A stretch of DNA of 42,322 nt, from the UHGV virus genome UHGV-0136707; one strand, written 5' to 3'. The first letter of the stretch is position 1, and each line of letters starts with the position of its first letter. Under the pieces are notes generated by a model. The model saw only the letters and a list, made by a program, of their open reading frames with translations. It had not been told where the DNA came from and did no database searches. Made by a program: the position numbers and the translations under genes. Origin of the DNA: a virus. Below are positions 9,594 through 18,528 of this stretch, piece by piece.

Positions 9594-9974
9594 TCAGGTC
9601 TTGGAACCATATAGTTCACGTAGCTTTTCTGCGACTGAAGATACGGCGATTTCACCAGTTGCAGCCCCTACGGTAAGGTCTACCAGTTCAGGTGAGTCAA
9701 ATACCTGCACCCCGTTACGGCGTAGGAATAGCAGCGCACTGTTTAGCGCGGTACGCTTATTGGCATCATTGAATATATGCCCTCTCGCAGTAGCCACCAG
9801 GTAGGTTGCGGAGACTTCGAAAAGGTCGGTAATCTCTTCGTACACAACTCTGGCCTGGACTCTCCCGATAATGGCCTCTGCCCTGCCCGGATCTGACATA
9901 CCAGGCAGGCCGCCGTAGCGGCTTATATTCGCATCATGAAGCGCTATCAGTTCTTCCGGTGATATATGCCTCAT
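9594..9974 (-). CDS. doc: Doc toxin (Fic-fold kinase) of the phd-doc addiction module
   Basis: 126-aa ORF ([43 protein letters not shown]...) recognisable as P1 Doc. Overlaps the phd stop by 1 nt. Confidence 0.96.
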
Positions 9975-10195
9975 TATCGGTTAACCAGTTCCTTGTTGGT
10001 GGAGTCCAGGGTGTCAAACAGGGATGCAAATTCAGCATCCAGCGCCGCTTTTTTGTAGGCTTCGAAAGTAGCCTTGCTGACAATTACTGCTGGCTCACGG
10101 CCTCTGCGGGTGATTTCAACCTCTTCCCCGGCTTCAACATTGTTGAGCACTTCAGAAAGGTTGCCGCGCGCGGTACGGAAGTTAATGGATTGCAT
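9974..10195 (-). CDS. phd: Phd antitoxin
   Basis: 73 aa from ATG at 10195 ([56 protein letters not shown]...), recognisable as P1 Phd. The ORF track extends it 2 codons to an upstream GTG. GAGGTG Shine-Dalgarno. Confidence 0.95.
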
Positions 10196-10203
10196 AAACA
10201 CCT

Positions 10204-10226
10204 CGTGTACTCGTTATGTGTACACA
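10204..10226. promoter_or_regulatory. palindromic repeats in the phd-doc promoter region
   Basis: GTGTAC...GTGTACAC palindromic elements just upstream of the phd Shine-Dalgarno. P1 phd-doc is autoregulated through palindromic operator sites. Confidence 0.4.
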
Positions 10227-10267
10227 ATTATAAACTTCACAGGCATAAAGCACCAGCACTTTGCAGC

Positions 10268-10657
10268 TTAAATCACCGGACAATCATCAAATTCCCCACT
10301 TCGGGCATCATTGATGACATGAGTGATCACACCAAAAACAGCATTACTACCCGTGTAACCATCGTCATCTACTGGTAACGCCTCTTTCTTCCCGGTGCTT
10401 AAATCCTCCAGGTGCTGGCGCGGATACTTTCGGTATCTCTTTATGCGATATTCACCCTCCATAGCGCAGACAAGCAGCGAACCATCAACCGGAGTAAGCG
10501 AGGAATCAACCACCAGCAAAGCACCCTGCAATATTCCCTCACGGTGATGGCTGTCTGCCGCCCGCATGAAGTAGGTCGCTGATGGATGCCTGATTAGTTG
10601 CTGATCAAGAGAAATTCGGCTTTCAACATAATCCGCCGCAGGAGAAGGGAAGCCCAT
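10268..10657 (-). CDS. humD: HumD, UmuD-like S24 peptidase (SOS mutagenesis homologue)
   Basis: 129-aa ORF with an S24/LexA-like peptidase fold (..LLVVDSSLTPVDGSLLVCAMEGEYRIKR..). A perfect LexA box lies 22 nt upstream. Confidence 0.88.
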   Translation of the reverse strand: MGFPSPAADYVESRISLDQQLIRHPSATYFMRAADSHHREGILQGALLVVDSSLTPVDGSLLVCAMEGEYRIKRYRKYPRQHLEDLSTGKKEALPVDDDGYTGSNAVFGVITHVINDARSGEFDDCPVI

Positions 10658-10678
10658 AGCGTTTTCACCTCAACAATA

Positions 10679-10694
10679 CTGTTCATTTATACAG
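10679..10694. promoter_or_regulatory. LexA box (SOS operator) upstream of humD
   Basis: CTGTTCATTTATACAG matches CTGT-N8-ACAG exactly, 22 nt upstream of the humD ATG. Confidence 0.8.
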
Positions 10695-10831
10695 TATACA
10701 TTAAAGAGACACCTTTGGTGCAAACGCGTTACGTACATCAACCACCGCTGATGATTTTGTGCGCTTTGCTACTATTCATCACCAACGGATCAGCGTAACC
10801 TCGTTGCCAATCAGTTAATAAGGAATTAGCT

Positions 10832-11413
10832 ATGCCTGCCCGCATTCCTCTCGATCCTGTATTGCCCAAAAATTTTGACTGCACTCCTAACGAGAAACGC
10901 TCTAAAGCTCAGCTGGACGTCTGGTGGGACCATCCCTATGGGGTTACACAACCTGACGGGAAAATTGTTGTTTATTGTCTGAATGGTGGCGCGTGGGACC
11001 GTCCATCCGTGCTTGGTTTGGCAAATAACTATGATGAAGCCTGTGAACTTGCCGAAGGGCAGCAGGCTAGATGGGTGAAAACACGGTCACAGCCGACATT
11101 CATGTTTTCAAAAGAACCGCCATTTATACTGGCGAGGATGCCGCAGCGACCGGATCATCAACAAGAAATTGTTGCTGAATTTTCCTCAAGGGATGAGATG
11201 AATCTCTTCTCATTAAAGCAGGAAGAAAGGGAGCGCGTCGACGTGTCTCCAACTCTCGACCACAACCGGATGAACCTGGCCCAACTCGCCTGGTACAGCA
11301 AAGAATTAGAGATGTCTATTGCCCGACTTGAAAACGAAAAAGCCGCTATCCAAGCCCAGCATGAAGTAGTTCTGAACCGGATTAGAGAAATGCAAAACGA
11401 TAATAGAGGCTAA
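10832..11413 (+). CDS. hypothetical protein divergent from humD
   Basis: 193-aa ORF with an AAGGA Shine-Dalgarno. It shares the intergenic region holding the LexA box, so it might be the P1 lxr equivalent; that is a guess. Confidence 0.55.
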   Translation: MPARIPLDPVLPKNFDCTPNEKRSKAQLDVWWDHPYGVTQPDGKIVVYCLNGGAWDRPSVLGLANNYDEACELAEGQQARWVKTRSQPTFMFSKEPPFILARMPQRPDHQQEIVAEFSSRDEMNLFSLKQEERERVDVSPTLDHNRMNLAQLAWYSKELEMSIARLENEKAAIQAQHEVVLNRIREMQNDNRG

Positions 11414-11473
11414 ATCGAGGTAGAAAACACATTGTTTAAGGCCACTAATTGTGGCCTCAAAGGGGAGAGATGC

Positions 11474-12025
11474 TTATTTGCTATGGCTAAAAATCAAATG
11501 AGACACTTCATGTGGTTGTAGCTCGTCAAGATCCGGGGCCACAAAACCTTTTCCGAAAGACTTCACAAGTAATTTACCAGCCGCATCATTGTCACCTATT
11601 ACACGAAAGTCATACGGCAGCATCGCAAGTTGACGGCGTAATCCTGCGGAGAAAGTCGAACCTAACAGCGCCCACGAATTGCCGCCCGCATTGTGTACAG
11701 CTGCGCTCTTAAAAATAGACTCAGTTATCCATATTGGGCCATCTTTTAAAGGAAGATAGGTTCCCCAAAGTAACTGTCTGCCGTGTGATCGCGTGAAATA
11801 CCGGGCCATCTTCGGATTGCTATGCTGCTTAGGAGCACCTGGTCTATATGTCTGATACCCAGCCAACATCCCATCAAACCTGTATAGAGGGAATGTAACT
11901 ACTCCTTCGCTTTCATCGATCCACTGTCTATATGGGTGTATATCATGGCGGTAGTTACGAGTTAGCAAATGAGCTTCCAGCTTTCCAAATTTTGTCATAT
12001 TCCGTTCTTCCTGCATACTGGGCAT
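11474..12025 (-). CDS. hypothetical protein with possible Toprim-like motif
   Basis: 183-aa ORF. The stretch VIGDNDAAGK resembles a Toprim DxD motif; weak, unverified. Confidence 0.55.
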   Translation of the reverse strand: MPSMQEERNMTKFGKLEAHLLTRNYRHDIHPYRQWIDESEGVVTFPLYRFDGMLAGYQTYRPGAPKQHSNPKMARYFTRSHGRQLLWGTYLPLKDGPIWITESIFKSAAVHNAGGNSWALLGSTFSAGLRRQLAMLPYDFRVIGDNDAAGKLLVKSFGKGFVAPDLDELQPHEVSHLIFSHSK

Positions 12026-12300
12026 GTGTTCTCTGTGAAATATGGGAAACTATTATCCAGCTCATCTACCCACTGTTTATGGTCGAAGCAGAAAAATATC
12101 TCCCACGGCATTCCATATTCTTCCATCCATAGGCGGATCTGCATTTCTATTGGAATCGGCGGTATTGCAGACACCATATCAACAGGATAACAGTTCAGAC
12201 GACGTTCCAGTTCTTCTACTCTCTTCTGGAGATGAAATATCCGATCCAGATGCACACGCCGCTCCCGTGCCATTTTAAAATAAAGCTCGCCGGTCATCAT
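11995..12300 (-). CDS. small coiled-coil protein with C-terminal Cys/His motif (paralog A)
   Basis: 101-aa ORF. C-terminus PWEIFFCFDHKQWVDELDNSFPYFTENTCPVCR is clearly paralogous to the next gene. Confidence 0.55.
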   Translation of the reverse strand: MMTGELYFKMARERRVHLDRIFHLQKRVEELERRLNCYPVDMVSAIPPIPIEMQIRLWMEEYGMPWEIFFCFDHKQWVDELDNSFPYFTENTCPVCRKNGI

Positions 12301-12596
12301 TAACTCCTACATTCAGGGCAAGAGTTCCCTTCCGCAAAATAGGGGAAACTGCTATCAAGCTCATCACACCATCTGCGATGGTCGTAGCACCAAAACGCCT
12401 CCCACGGTGCACGGAAATACTTCATCCACCAGGACACTCGATCAGGTATATCTGCTGGTGGCAGCTCTTCTGGCAATAATTTGCCTGATAATTCCCTTTC
12501 CGCCCGCGCCAGCATTCCTTTTAGACTCGCATTCTCTTTTTCAAGAATCTCTATGCGCGCCTGTAACTCAGCTTTCGTTGGCATGGTCCGCCTCAT
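12300..12596 (-). CDS. small coiled-coil protein with C-terminal Cys/His motif (paralog B)
   Basis: C-terminus PWEAFWCYDHRRWCDELDSSFPYFAEGNSCPECRS. Start set at an internal ATG (12596; 12584 also possible), because the track's start at 12665 overlaps the upstream gene by 98 nt. Confidence 0.5.
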   Translation of the reverse strand: MRRTMPTKAELQARIEILEKENASLKGMLARAERELSGKLLPEELPPADIPDRVSWWMKYFRAPWEAFWCYDHRRWCDELDSSFPYFAEGNSCPECRS

Positions 12597-13248
12597 GCTT
12601 TTCAGCCACCAGCGGCAATAAAGCCCTGGCCATCTTATGAACCAATAGTGCATCAATAATGCCAAGCGTATGCCCCGGCTTAATGTTTAATGCCGCCTCA
12701 AGGTGACACCTTTCCAAGCCACTTTTCTCGGCTTGTTTATGATGATCTGGCGTAATAACGTCGCCCAAAACACGGCTAATTCTTTCTCGTAATTGCTGGG
12801 TGCCAGCACACTTGATCGCTGTATCGTGGAGACGGTTAACCAGTTCGCGATAAACATGCGGCTTAATGCGGATACGTCCACCGGTGACGCCCTTTCCTGG
12901 CGCTGACACCGAACTATCCGGAATATCCGGATAGTTGCCAGCCTCGTAAGCTACCCGCAGCCAGTGCATGAATGTTTCAGTGGACACACAACCACAGTCC
13001 ACATCGATTTTTCCGCGTTGCTGTTCCAGCCACTGCTCAAAATTCAATCTACACGTATTACTTTCATGTTGCTCTTTTTGTCTCAAGGCCAGTACCTGTT
13101 GGGCCAGTTCCAGAACGATACCGGGTGACGCTAACCTCTCAAATTCCAATAAATAGTTTGTGTCAGGATGACAAGTAGCCTCGCCTGCAAAAAATACCAA
13201 TTGCTGTAAGTATGCTGTCGTTAGAGTAGTCATTTCTTTTTGCGCCAT
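12568..13248 (-). CDS. hypothetical protein
   Basis: 226-aa ORF in the same minus-strand run. No recognisable domain. Confidence 0.55.
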   Translation of the reverse strand: MAQKEMTTLTTAYLQQLVFFAGEATCHPDTNYLLEFERLASPGIVLELAQQVLALRQKEQHESNTCRLNFEQWLEQQRGKIDVDCGCVSTETFMHWLRVAYEAGNYPDIPDSSVSAPGKGVTGGRIRIKPHVYRELVNRLHDTAIKCAGTQQLRERISRVLGDVITPDHHKQAEKSGLERCHLEAALNIKPGHTLGIIDALLVHKMARALLPLVAEKHEADHANES

Positions 13249-13604
13249 TTCTTTTCACATTCCTTAGTCCATTTTTCAATGTTCATTTTGGCAATATCAG
13301 TCATTCCGTCACCCAAGAAATACTTTTTCCGGTATGTCTTGCACTTAAACCACACTACAACAGCCACCAGCCAGAAAATAAAAGGCCATACAGCAATGCC
13401 AACGACAGCCGCGATAAAGCCCAATAGCCATAAATGAAGCTCTCCAACTTCTGTTTCCGGCAATATTCTTAAAGAATTAAACAGCAGGGTGAACGAATGG
13501 TCGTATGCATTGGCAGTATAAGACATGCAATCCATATAATTAAAGTCATAGCCTGCGGCTGCCGCCCATAATGGGCGGTCAAGAAAATGTTTTAGTGTCA
13601 TCAT
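13230..13604 (-). CDS. hypothetical membrane protein
   Basis: 124-aa ORF with a hydrophobic segment (LWLLGFIAAVVGIAVWPFIFWLVAVVVWF) and a Lys-rich tail. Confidence 0.5.
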   Translation of the reverse strand: MMTLKHFLDRPLWAAAAGYDFNYMDCMSYTANAYDHSFTLLFNSLRILPETEVGELHLWLLGFIAAVVGIAVWPFIFWLVAVVVWFKCKTYRKKYFLGDGMTDIAKMNIEKWTKECEKKWRKKK

Positions 13605-13610
13605 ATAAAT

Positions 13611-14000
13611 TTAAGGTTCAGACCAGTTATCTTCAATAGCAATGCTTAATCTTTGTAGCCATTCTGCTAATTTCAGCATTGCTTCTCTTTCGCTTAAACC
13701 ACGAGGAAAATCATCAAGCGAAATTGTTGGCTTGAAGCCCCCGTAATTATCCATTTCAACTGTCAGATTTTGTTCCAGCACGGTATTTCTTACACGGCTA
13801 TTGTGCCGGAGCAAATATACTGAGCGTGATTTATTGGTTTTGTGGTCGAGCTGATATTCGGTAAGTATCATCTGGCTTTTGCCATGACTATTACCTCTCC
13901 ACATACTTACCTCACTTAATAAAACAACTCCATGCGTAGTTGATGATTTTTTCCCACGTAATATAAATCTGCACTCCGGCAGTAAAACCAAAGCCAACAA
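13611..14000 (-). CDS. hypothetical protein
   Basis: 129-aa ORF. Its N-terminal part overlaps an alternative 40-codon hydrophobic ORF (start near 14034), so the true start is uncertain. Confidence 0.4.
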   Translation of the reverse strand: MLALVLLPECRFILRGKKSSTTHGVVLLSEVSMWRGNSHGKSQMILTEYQLDHKTNKSRSVYLLRHNSRVRNTVLEQNLTVEMDNYGGFKPTISLDDFPRGLSEREAMLKLAEWLQRLSIAIEDNWSEP

Positions 14001-14082
14001 TTGCTGAAAAAATCAAAACATTTACTTTTGACATTATAAATTTTCTCTCGGTGTCGTAGGTGATAGCACCATAATTTCTAAT

Positions 14083-14334
14083 TTAGTGAGTTAGCAGTTC
14101 CATTTTTTGGATGATTTCCGCATGAGCATCATCGTTGTCAACACTTAACTCGTTTAATGCCTCTCGCACTACATCAACTTCTTCTGGTTGGAAGAAGTCA
14201 TCTCGGTAGTCACCAAATAGAACCGAAACAAGCCTGCCACCAGCAACATCAAGATTGGCGCTAACAGGTGGCTCTTTACCATCCTCAAATTCGACTACAA
14301 AAGTTAATTTCCCCATCGTTACCACCAGCGACAA
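14083..14334 (-). CDS. hypothetical acidic small protein
   Basis: 83-aa ORF in the operon run. Confidence 0.45.
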   Translation of the reverse strand: MSLVVTMGKLTFVVEFEDGKEPPVSANLDVAGGRLVSVLFGDYRDDFFQPEEVDVVREALNELSVDNDDAHAEIIQKMELLTH

Positions 14335-14398
14335 ATTGAATACAAACCCAGCGCTGCCGCCATCACAATTCCTACCGTGGTGAATGCTTCAGGCCAGC

Positions 14399-14974
14399 TC
14401 ATGGATTCACCTCCTGCGGCGGTTCTGGTAGCGGCATCCAGTACAAGGCGTTCCCTAACCACGATAAAGTGCCGTCGCTCAACTCCACGTATTCCCCTTG
14501 TACCTGTCCTGCCATATACTCGCCGTGCTTTGAATAAATTAAAATCCAATCATCTTGAGCGGGCATTCGCTCACTACAGCTTATCCAACCATCCGGAGTT
14601 ACCGGATAGTTGCCCGACAGCTCGTTCAACTTGTAAGTTTGGCTTACAGGTTCGGCTTCCAGTTCTGCAATGCGCTTCTCTGCAGCTTCCAGCTCAACGC
14701 GCAGCTTCCCTACCGTTAGCGCAATTTCCTCGTTCTCCTGGTCGCGGCGTTTGATGTATTGCTGGTTTCTTTCCCGTTCATCCAGCAGCGCCAGCACGGT
14801 TTCTGGTCCGGTCAGAAATTTGAAGGCGTTGAGCGCATCAATATCCACACCGTAATCCTTAAGTTCCTGTTCACTTAACAAATCATCATCAACTGGCAAC
14901 ATTAACAGGCGTTCCATTGCCGGAATTGCACGTTCTGCCGCCTCACGCAGTGCCTGATAGTTAATTTTGGTCAT
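14399..14974 (-). CDS. Ead/Ea22-like protein
   Basis: 191-aa ORF with coiled-coil middle and DUF551-like C-terminus. N-terminus (MTKINYQALREAAERA) parallels the ORF at 15272-15961. Confidence 0.65.
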   Translation of the reverse strand: MTKINYQALREAAERAIPAMERLLMLPVDDDLLSEQELKDYGVDIDALNAFKFLTGPETVLALLDERERNQQYIKRRDQENEEIALTVGKLRVELEAAEKRIAELEAEPVSQTYKLNELSGNYPVTPDGWISCSERMPAQDDWILIYSKHGEYMAGQVQGEYVELSDGTLSWLGNALYWMPLPEPPQEVNP

Positions 14975-14975
14975 A

Positions 14976-15275
14976 TCACATCCCCCTGAAGCCGTTGCAT
15001 TTACGTAAAAAATCGCAGATATAGCCCTTCATTTTTTCGTGCCAATCTCGATCATTCCCATTGCACCAACCATCAGGTGGAGTCCAGTTTTCTATCAGAG
15101 CAGCCATTTTCTTTGCTTTCGCCGGAGTAGCTGTTGCGGTATCGCAGTAATGACGAGTGTCAACCAACGTATCCATACCATCGATATCAAGTACGCAAAA
15201 CCATGTGTGATTCGGCATTTCAACAGATGGTATTTGTTGCCCACGTCGACGTTTATCAATAAGACATACAGTCAC
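14976..15275 (-). CDS. hypothetical protein
   Basis: 99-aa ORF coupled between the two Ea22-like genes. Confidence 0.45.
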   Translation of the reverse strand: MTVCLIDKRRRGQQIPSVEMPNHTWFCVLDIDGMDTLVDTRHYCDTATATPAKAKKMAALIENWTPPDGWCNGNDRDWHEKMKGYICDFLRKCNGFRGM

Positions 15276-15961
15276 TGGTTGCCTCCTTTGCGAAGCTGGG
15301 CAGCAAAGTCAACTAACCACTCAGTCATTTCAACCTTCCCTACCAGGTCTGAACCAGGGTGCATACAGCAATCACTCTGCGCCGCTTTGAAATCCTTATA
15401 CTCATATTCTTGGGCCACCAGATTTTTTGCAGCTTCTATAGCAGCATCCACCCCCTGCGCCCGCACTTCAGACAGGAAAGCATCAGTGGCTGGAATGGGC
15501 TTTTGTGGTGATATAGCAATGCGAATTGTCTCAAGGTCTGGATCTGTTTCCGCTGCTGGCACCTTGATATAACCCATCTGCACCCCATTCATGATGAATC
15601 TGCGACGGTCATCACATATCGCCTTTAGCCCCGCATTCTCCGCCACCAGCGCCGCGAGATTAGTCTCAAGCTCTGCAATTCGACACATAGCATCAATATT
15701 TGTGTCCTCCAGGCACTTAATTTCACCAAGCAGCTCCAGTGCAACCTTTGGGTTGAACGCGGCAACATGACGAGCGTTGTTCTCTGCATTTTTCTGTCCA
15801 TCAAAGCCGGTCCATTTGATAACGTCTTCACATCGTTCATCACCGGGCGTGTGCACCGCATAAGTACCAGTATCCGTCGAAATAAATGCGACCCATTCGT
15901 CTGGTGTTGCCTTTTCTGCCGCCTCACGCAGTACCTGATAGTCAATTGTCATTCTCGCCAT
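15272..15961 (-). CDS. Ead/Ea22-like protein
   Basis: 229-aa ORF. N-terminus (MARMTIDYQVLREAAEKA) is paralogous to 14399-14974. Confidence 0.65.
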   Translation of the reverse strand: MARMTIDYQVLREAAEKATPDEWVAFISTDTGTYAVHTPGDERCEDVIKWTGFDGQKNAENNARHVAAFNPKVALELLGEIKCLEDTNIDAMCRIAELETNLAALVAENAGLKAICDDRRRFIMNGVQMGYIKVPAAETDPDLETIRIAISPQKPIPATDAFLSEVRAQGVDAAIEAAKNLVAQEYEYKDFKAAQSDCCMHPGSDLVGKVEMTEWLVDFAAQLRKGGNQ

Positions 15962-16593
15962 CCTTCACAGTTGTAATCACTACAGCCTTCAAAATCATAT
16001 GGGCTGTACTGCCAGGTTATTTTTCCGCAATGCGGACAATTCCAACGCACCTTCCCGCTTCGCGACTTCTTTCTTCTGTTCTGCTCTTTCAACCAGTCAG
16101 GCATGACCAAACCTGCGCCCTGAACCATTGTTCTGCGGTTAAAGTTATTGATATTGAACGTCCGGCGCTTTGCTGCATCAGCAATGGAAAATGGCAACCA
16201 AACTATTCCTGGTTCGTTTTTGTTGGCGACGCTAAAGATGGTCGCTTTACTGAAGTCATCTGTTGGCAATCCACCGTGTTGAAGCCAGTAAACATCGTTG
16301 CCGTTCCAGCTACCTTTTTTGTAGGCCACATACTCAGTGCAATCTGACTCAATCAGGCTTTCTGTAGGGATGTACTGGCAATCAACGTGCCACACAGCCA
16401 TTGCATCCACACTATCGGCACAAACAGGCTGATCGATATCTCGCCCACAATTCCAGGCTTTTTGGGCTTCTTCCAGCGTGTAAACATGAGCGCGATCGAT
16501 ATCAGAACTGTAACCATTGCCGTTATGGCAATGGAATGAGGCGTTATTACCCACAGTTTCACGCAAGCACATCATGTAAAAACGGTTACTCAC
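15949..16593 (-). CDS. hypothetical protein with C-terminal zinc-ribbon-like motif
   Basis: 214-aa ORF with C-terminal CPHCGK...CSDYNCEG. Confidence 0.55.
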   Translation of the reverse strand: MSNRFYMMCLRETVGNNASFHCHNGNGYSSDIDRAHVYTLEEAQKAWNCGRDIDQPVCADSVDAMAVWHVDCQYIPTESLIESDCTEYVAYKKGSWNGNDVYWLQHGGLPTDDFSKATIFSVANKNEPGIVWLPFSIADAAKRRTFNINNFNRRTMVQGAGLVMPDWLKEQNRRKKSRSGKVRWNCPHCGKITWQYSPYDFEGCSDYNCEGWRE

Positions 16594-16801
16594 TGGATGC
16601 CTCCCAGCAAATTTGTCTTATATAAGAACTGTTAACGCGCTTTACTTTCCCGTCGAACTCCAGTTTCTTTAGACGACGCAAAACGTATGCCGTTTTGAGT
16701 GTGCGATATTTATCCCTAAGCCAGTTGGTCACGACGTAAGTCATACAGCGCCCGTGTTCTTCCAACACCCGAACTATTTCTTCGTCGGTTGGCTTGCTCA
16801 T
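16586..16801 (-). CDS. hypothetical small protein
   Basis: 71-aa ORF coupled to its neighbours. Confidence 0.4.
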   Translation of the reverse strand: MSKPTDEEIVRVLEEHGRCMTYVVTNWLRDKYRTLKTAYVLRRLKKLEFDGKVKRVNSSYIRQICWEASSE

Positions 16802-17019
16802 TTTGTCGCTCCTTCAGCTTTCTCTACTTTCGCTGCCATGATTTCCAGCTTTTGTGCTGCCGATGCCGCTAACCTGTGAAATTCTTCATCTGTTTCAACT
16901 GGAATTGGTACAAACCTGACACCAATTTGAGCAAGGCTATGCGCCATTTCGAGACTTGTTCTTAACTCTGCTGGGGATGCTTTATTCAGGCCGACTTCCT
17001 CACAAATAACTGATTGCAT
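16798..17019 (-). CDS. hypothetical small protein
   Basis: 73-aa ORF coupled to its neighbours. Confidence 0.4.
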   Translation of the reverse strand: MQSVICEEVGLNKASPAELRTSLEMAHSLAQIGVRFVPIPVETDEEFHRLAASAAQKLEIMAAKVEKAEGATK

Positions 17020-17028
17020 ACGCTCGCC

Positions 17029-17754
17029 CTACTGAATACGCTCAAACTCGATTACCCAAACCCAGGGATTAGCACTCCAGCTTTCTTCGCCGTAGATGGA
17101 TTCCCACAGGCGCTGGAACGCAACCTTGGCCATTGCGAAATCCCCCTTGGGAGTAAGGAATGTTCCCGGGTGATCAGGAAGCAAACTTCCAGCAGGCGGA
17201 ACGCCCTCATCCCTTGCATCGCATTCGCTGATATCGTTCAACCGCTCAACGCGCACGTTGGTAATTTCCAACAGGATGCGTGATGCCCATCGCGGCATGT
17301 GAATTGATGGACGCCACCCACCATCAAACTTTTCATTCACAGTGTGAGGTTTCCAGTCGGCATCATCGGGTATCGACCATAAGCCGTAATCACCAGGTTT
17401 TTGCTCGCAACTGGCCCGATAAATCCTTGCTGCGTTCTTCTCATCGCCACGACAAAGGTTGTCGTTCCAGTCCACACTGCAACCATCCTCATTGCCTAAT
17501 ATCGCCCATGTTTCACGAACCCAAATTCGATCGCCGACGATACCAAAGGGGCAATTGAAAACACTGCTTACACCATCAGCCCCGTACCACTGAAAACCTG
17601 CACCAATTTTTCTAACCATCACTGGTGCTTCTGGACCAACTTCCGCAGGCTGATTTTTCATTATCCGCCGCGTCTGCGTTTTCCTTCCTTCGAGGATGGC
17701 CCGGACCATCTCATCGTTGAAAATCATGCCGCGCTCTTTCACTTCGCCTTTCAT
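17029..17754 (-). CDS. ASCH-domain-like protein
   Basis: 241-aa ORF. The MIFNDEMVRAILEGRKTQTRR motif is typical of phage ASCH-domain proteins. Strong AAGGGGGA Shine-Dalgarno. Confidence 0.6.
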   Translation of the reverse strand: MKGEVKERGMIFNDEMVRAILEGRKTQTRRIMKNQPAEVGPEAPVMVRKIGAGFQWYGADGVSSVFNCPFGIVGDRIWVRETWAILGNEDGCSVDWNDNLCRGDEKNAARIYRASCEQKPGDYGLWSIPDDADWKPHTVNEKFDGGWRPSIHMPRWASRILLEITNVRVERLNDISECDARDEGVPPAGSLLPDHPGTFLTPKGDFAMAKVAFQRLWESIYGEESWSANPWVWVIEFERIQ

Positions 17755-17763
17755 GCATCCCCC

Positions 17764-17850
17764 TTACCCATGTGCGACGATGCCGCCAAAAGTGATAGAG
17801 AACAGCCAGAAATAGATCGCGGCCATAATGATTTTGAATGCCGTGTTCAT
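17764..17850 (-). CDS. 28-aa hydrophobic peptide (possible leader peptide)
   Basis: Hand-found ORF, MNTAFKIIMAAIYFWLFSITFGGIVAHG, with a CAGGAG Shine-Dalgarno. Its stop lies inside the Shine-Dalgarno of the ASCH gene. Confidence 0.3.
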   Translation of the reverse strand: MNTAFKIIMAAIYFWLFSITFGGIVAHG

Positions 17851-17879
17851 ATTTTCAGCTCCTGTGATTGATTGGATAC

Positions 17880-17909
17880 ATGCCGCGCCTTGCGGCATGT
17901 TTTTATTTT
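17880..17909 (+). terminator. intrinsic terminator-like hairpin, plus orientation
   Basis: ATGCCGC-loop-GCGGCAT followed by TTTTTATTTT, 5 bp after a GATTGATTGG motif copy. Confidence 0.5.
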
Positions 17910-17932
17910 CACTTTCTCTGTTTTAAAAATCA

Positions 17933-17949
17933 AGATTTATTAGAGCAAT
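17933..17949 (-). promoter_or_regulatory. C1-operator-like site
   Basis: 16/17 match (AGATTTATTAGAGCAAT reverse) in the gap upstream of the ASCH gene. Confidence 0.6.
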
Positions 17950-18455
17950 TATTGTTGATGAAGAAGCGCGTTTTCATACTCCCTGACCATTAACGTAAGT
18001 ACACCGTGACTTCTGAAAACACGCGCCACTTCAATCTTATCTTCCAGCGCGAACGCGATTTTACTTAGACCAATTTTCTTAAGGAGATCAATCTTTGCTG
18101 GGCCGTCATTTCTGTCATCGGTGGCAGGACGCATAGATAGCAAAGGCTCAGCCCCGTTTGTTACGTACTTCCGCAGCCAGGCTCGTGTTTTATCCCTTGC
18201 GATCTCACAGCGCCCGGTTACAAACCAGACCGTGTAAACGTTAAATAACTGGCGCACCATATCAATAACTGGAGTGATGGGAGTATCGGTGTCACAGGCA
18301 AGGTTAAACTCGTTCCAGTGCTCTGTTAATGCACCTTTGCCAGGTGGTGGAAGCAAATGCAGCCTGTCTTCCGTTGCCTCTGATATCGTCCCATCAATAT
18401 CTACTATGACGATGTACGGACGTTCCTGGTGTGCGTGTTTATTGAAAATACTCAA
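17949..18455 (-). CDS. HAD-superfamily phosphatase (PNK 3'-phosphatase-like)
   Basis: 168-aa ORF with the HAD motif I (IVIVDIDGT). Confidence 0.65.
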   Translation of the reverse strand: MSIFNKHAHQERPYIVIVDIDGTISEATEDRLHLLPPPGKGALTEHWNEFNLACDTDTPITPVIDMVRQLFNVYTVWFVTGRCEIARDKTRAWLRKYVTNGAEPLLSMRPATDDRNDGPAKIDLLKKIGLSKIAFALEDKIEVARVFRSHGVLTLMVREYENALLHQQ

Positions 18456-18528
18456 ATGCCCTCCTCATTGGACGAAAAAAATGCTGGTGGGACGCACTCC
18501 ACCAGCATTAAAAGTGACACTGTAACTA

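Noticed and set aside
12597-12606. Chi-like octamer GCTGGTGG on the minus strand
   Set aside because: A single occurrence is expected by chance in 42 kb on two strands; no clustering.
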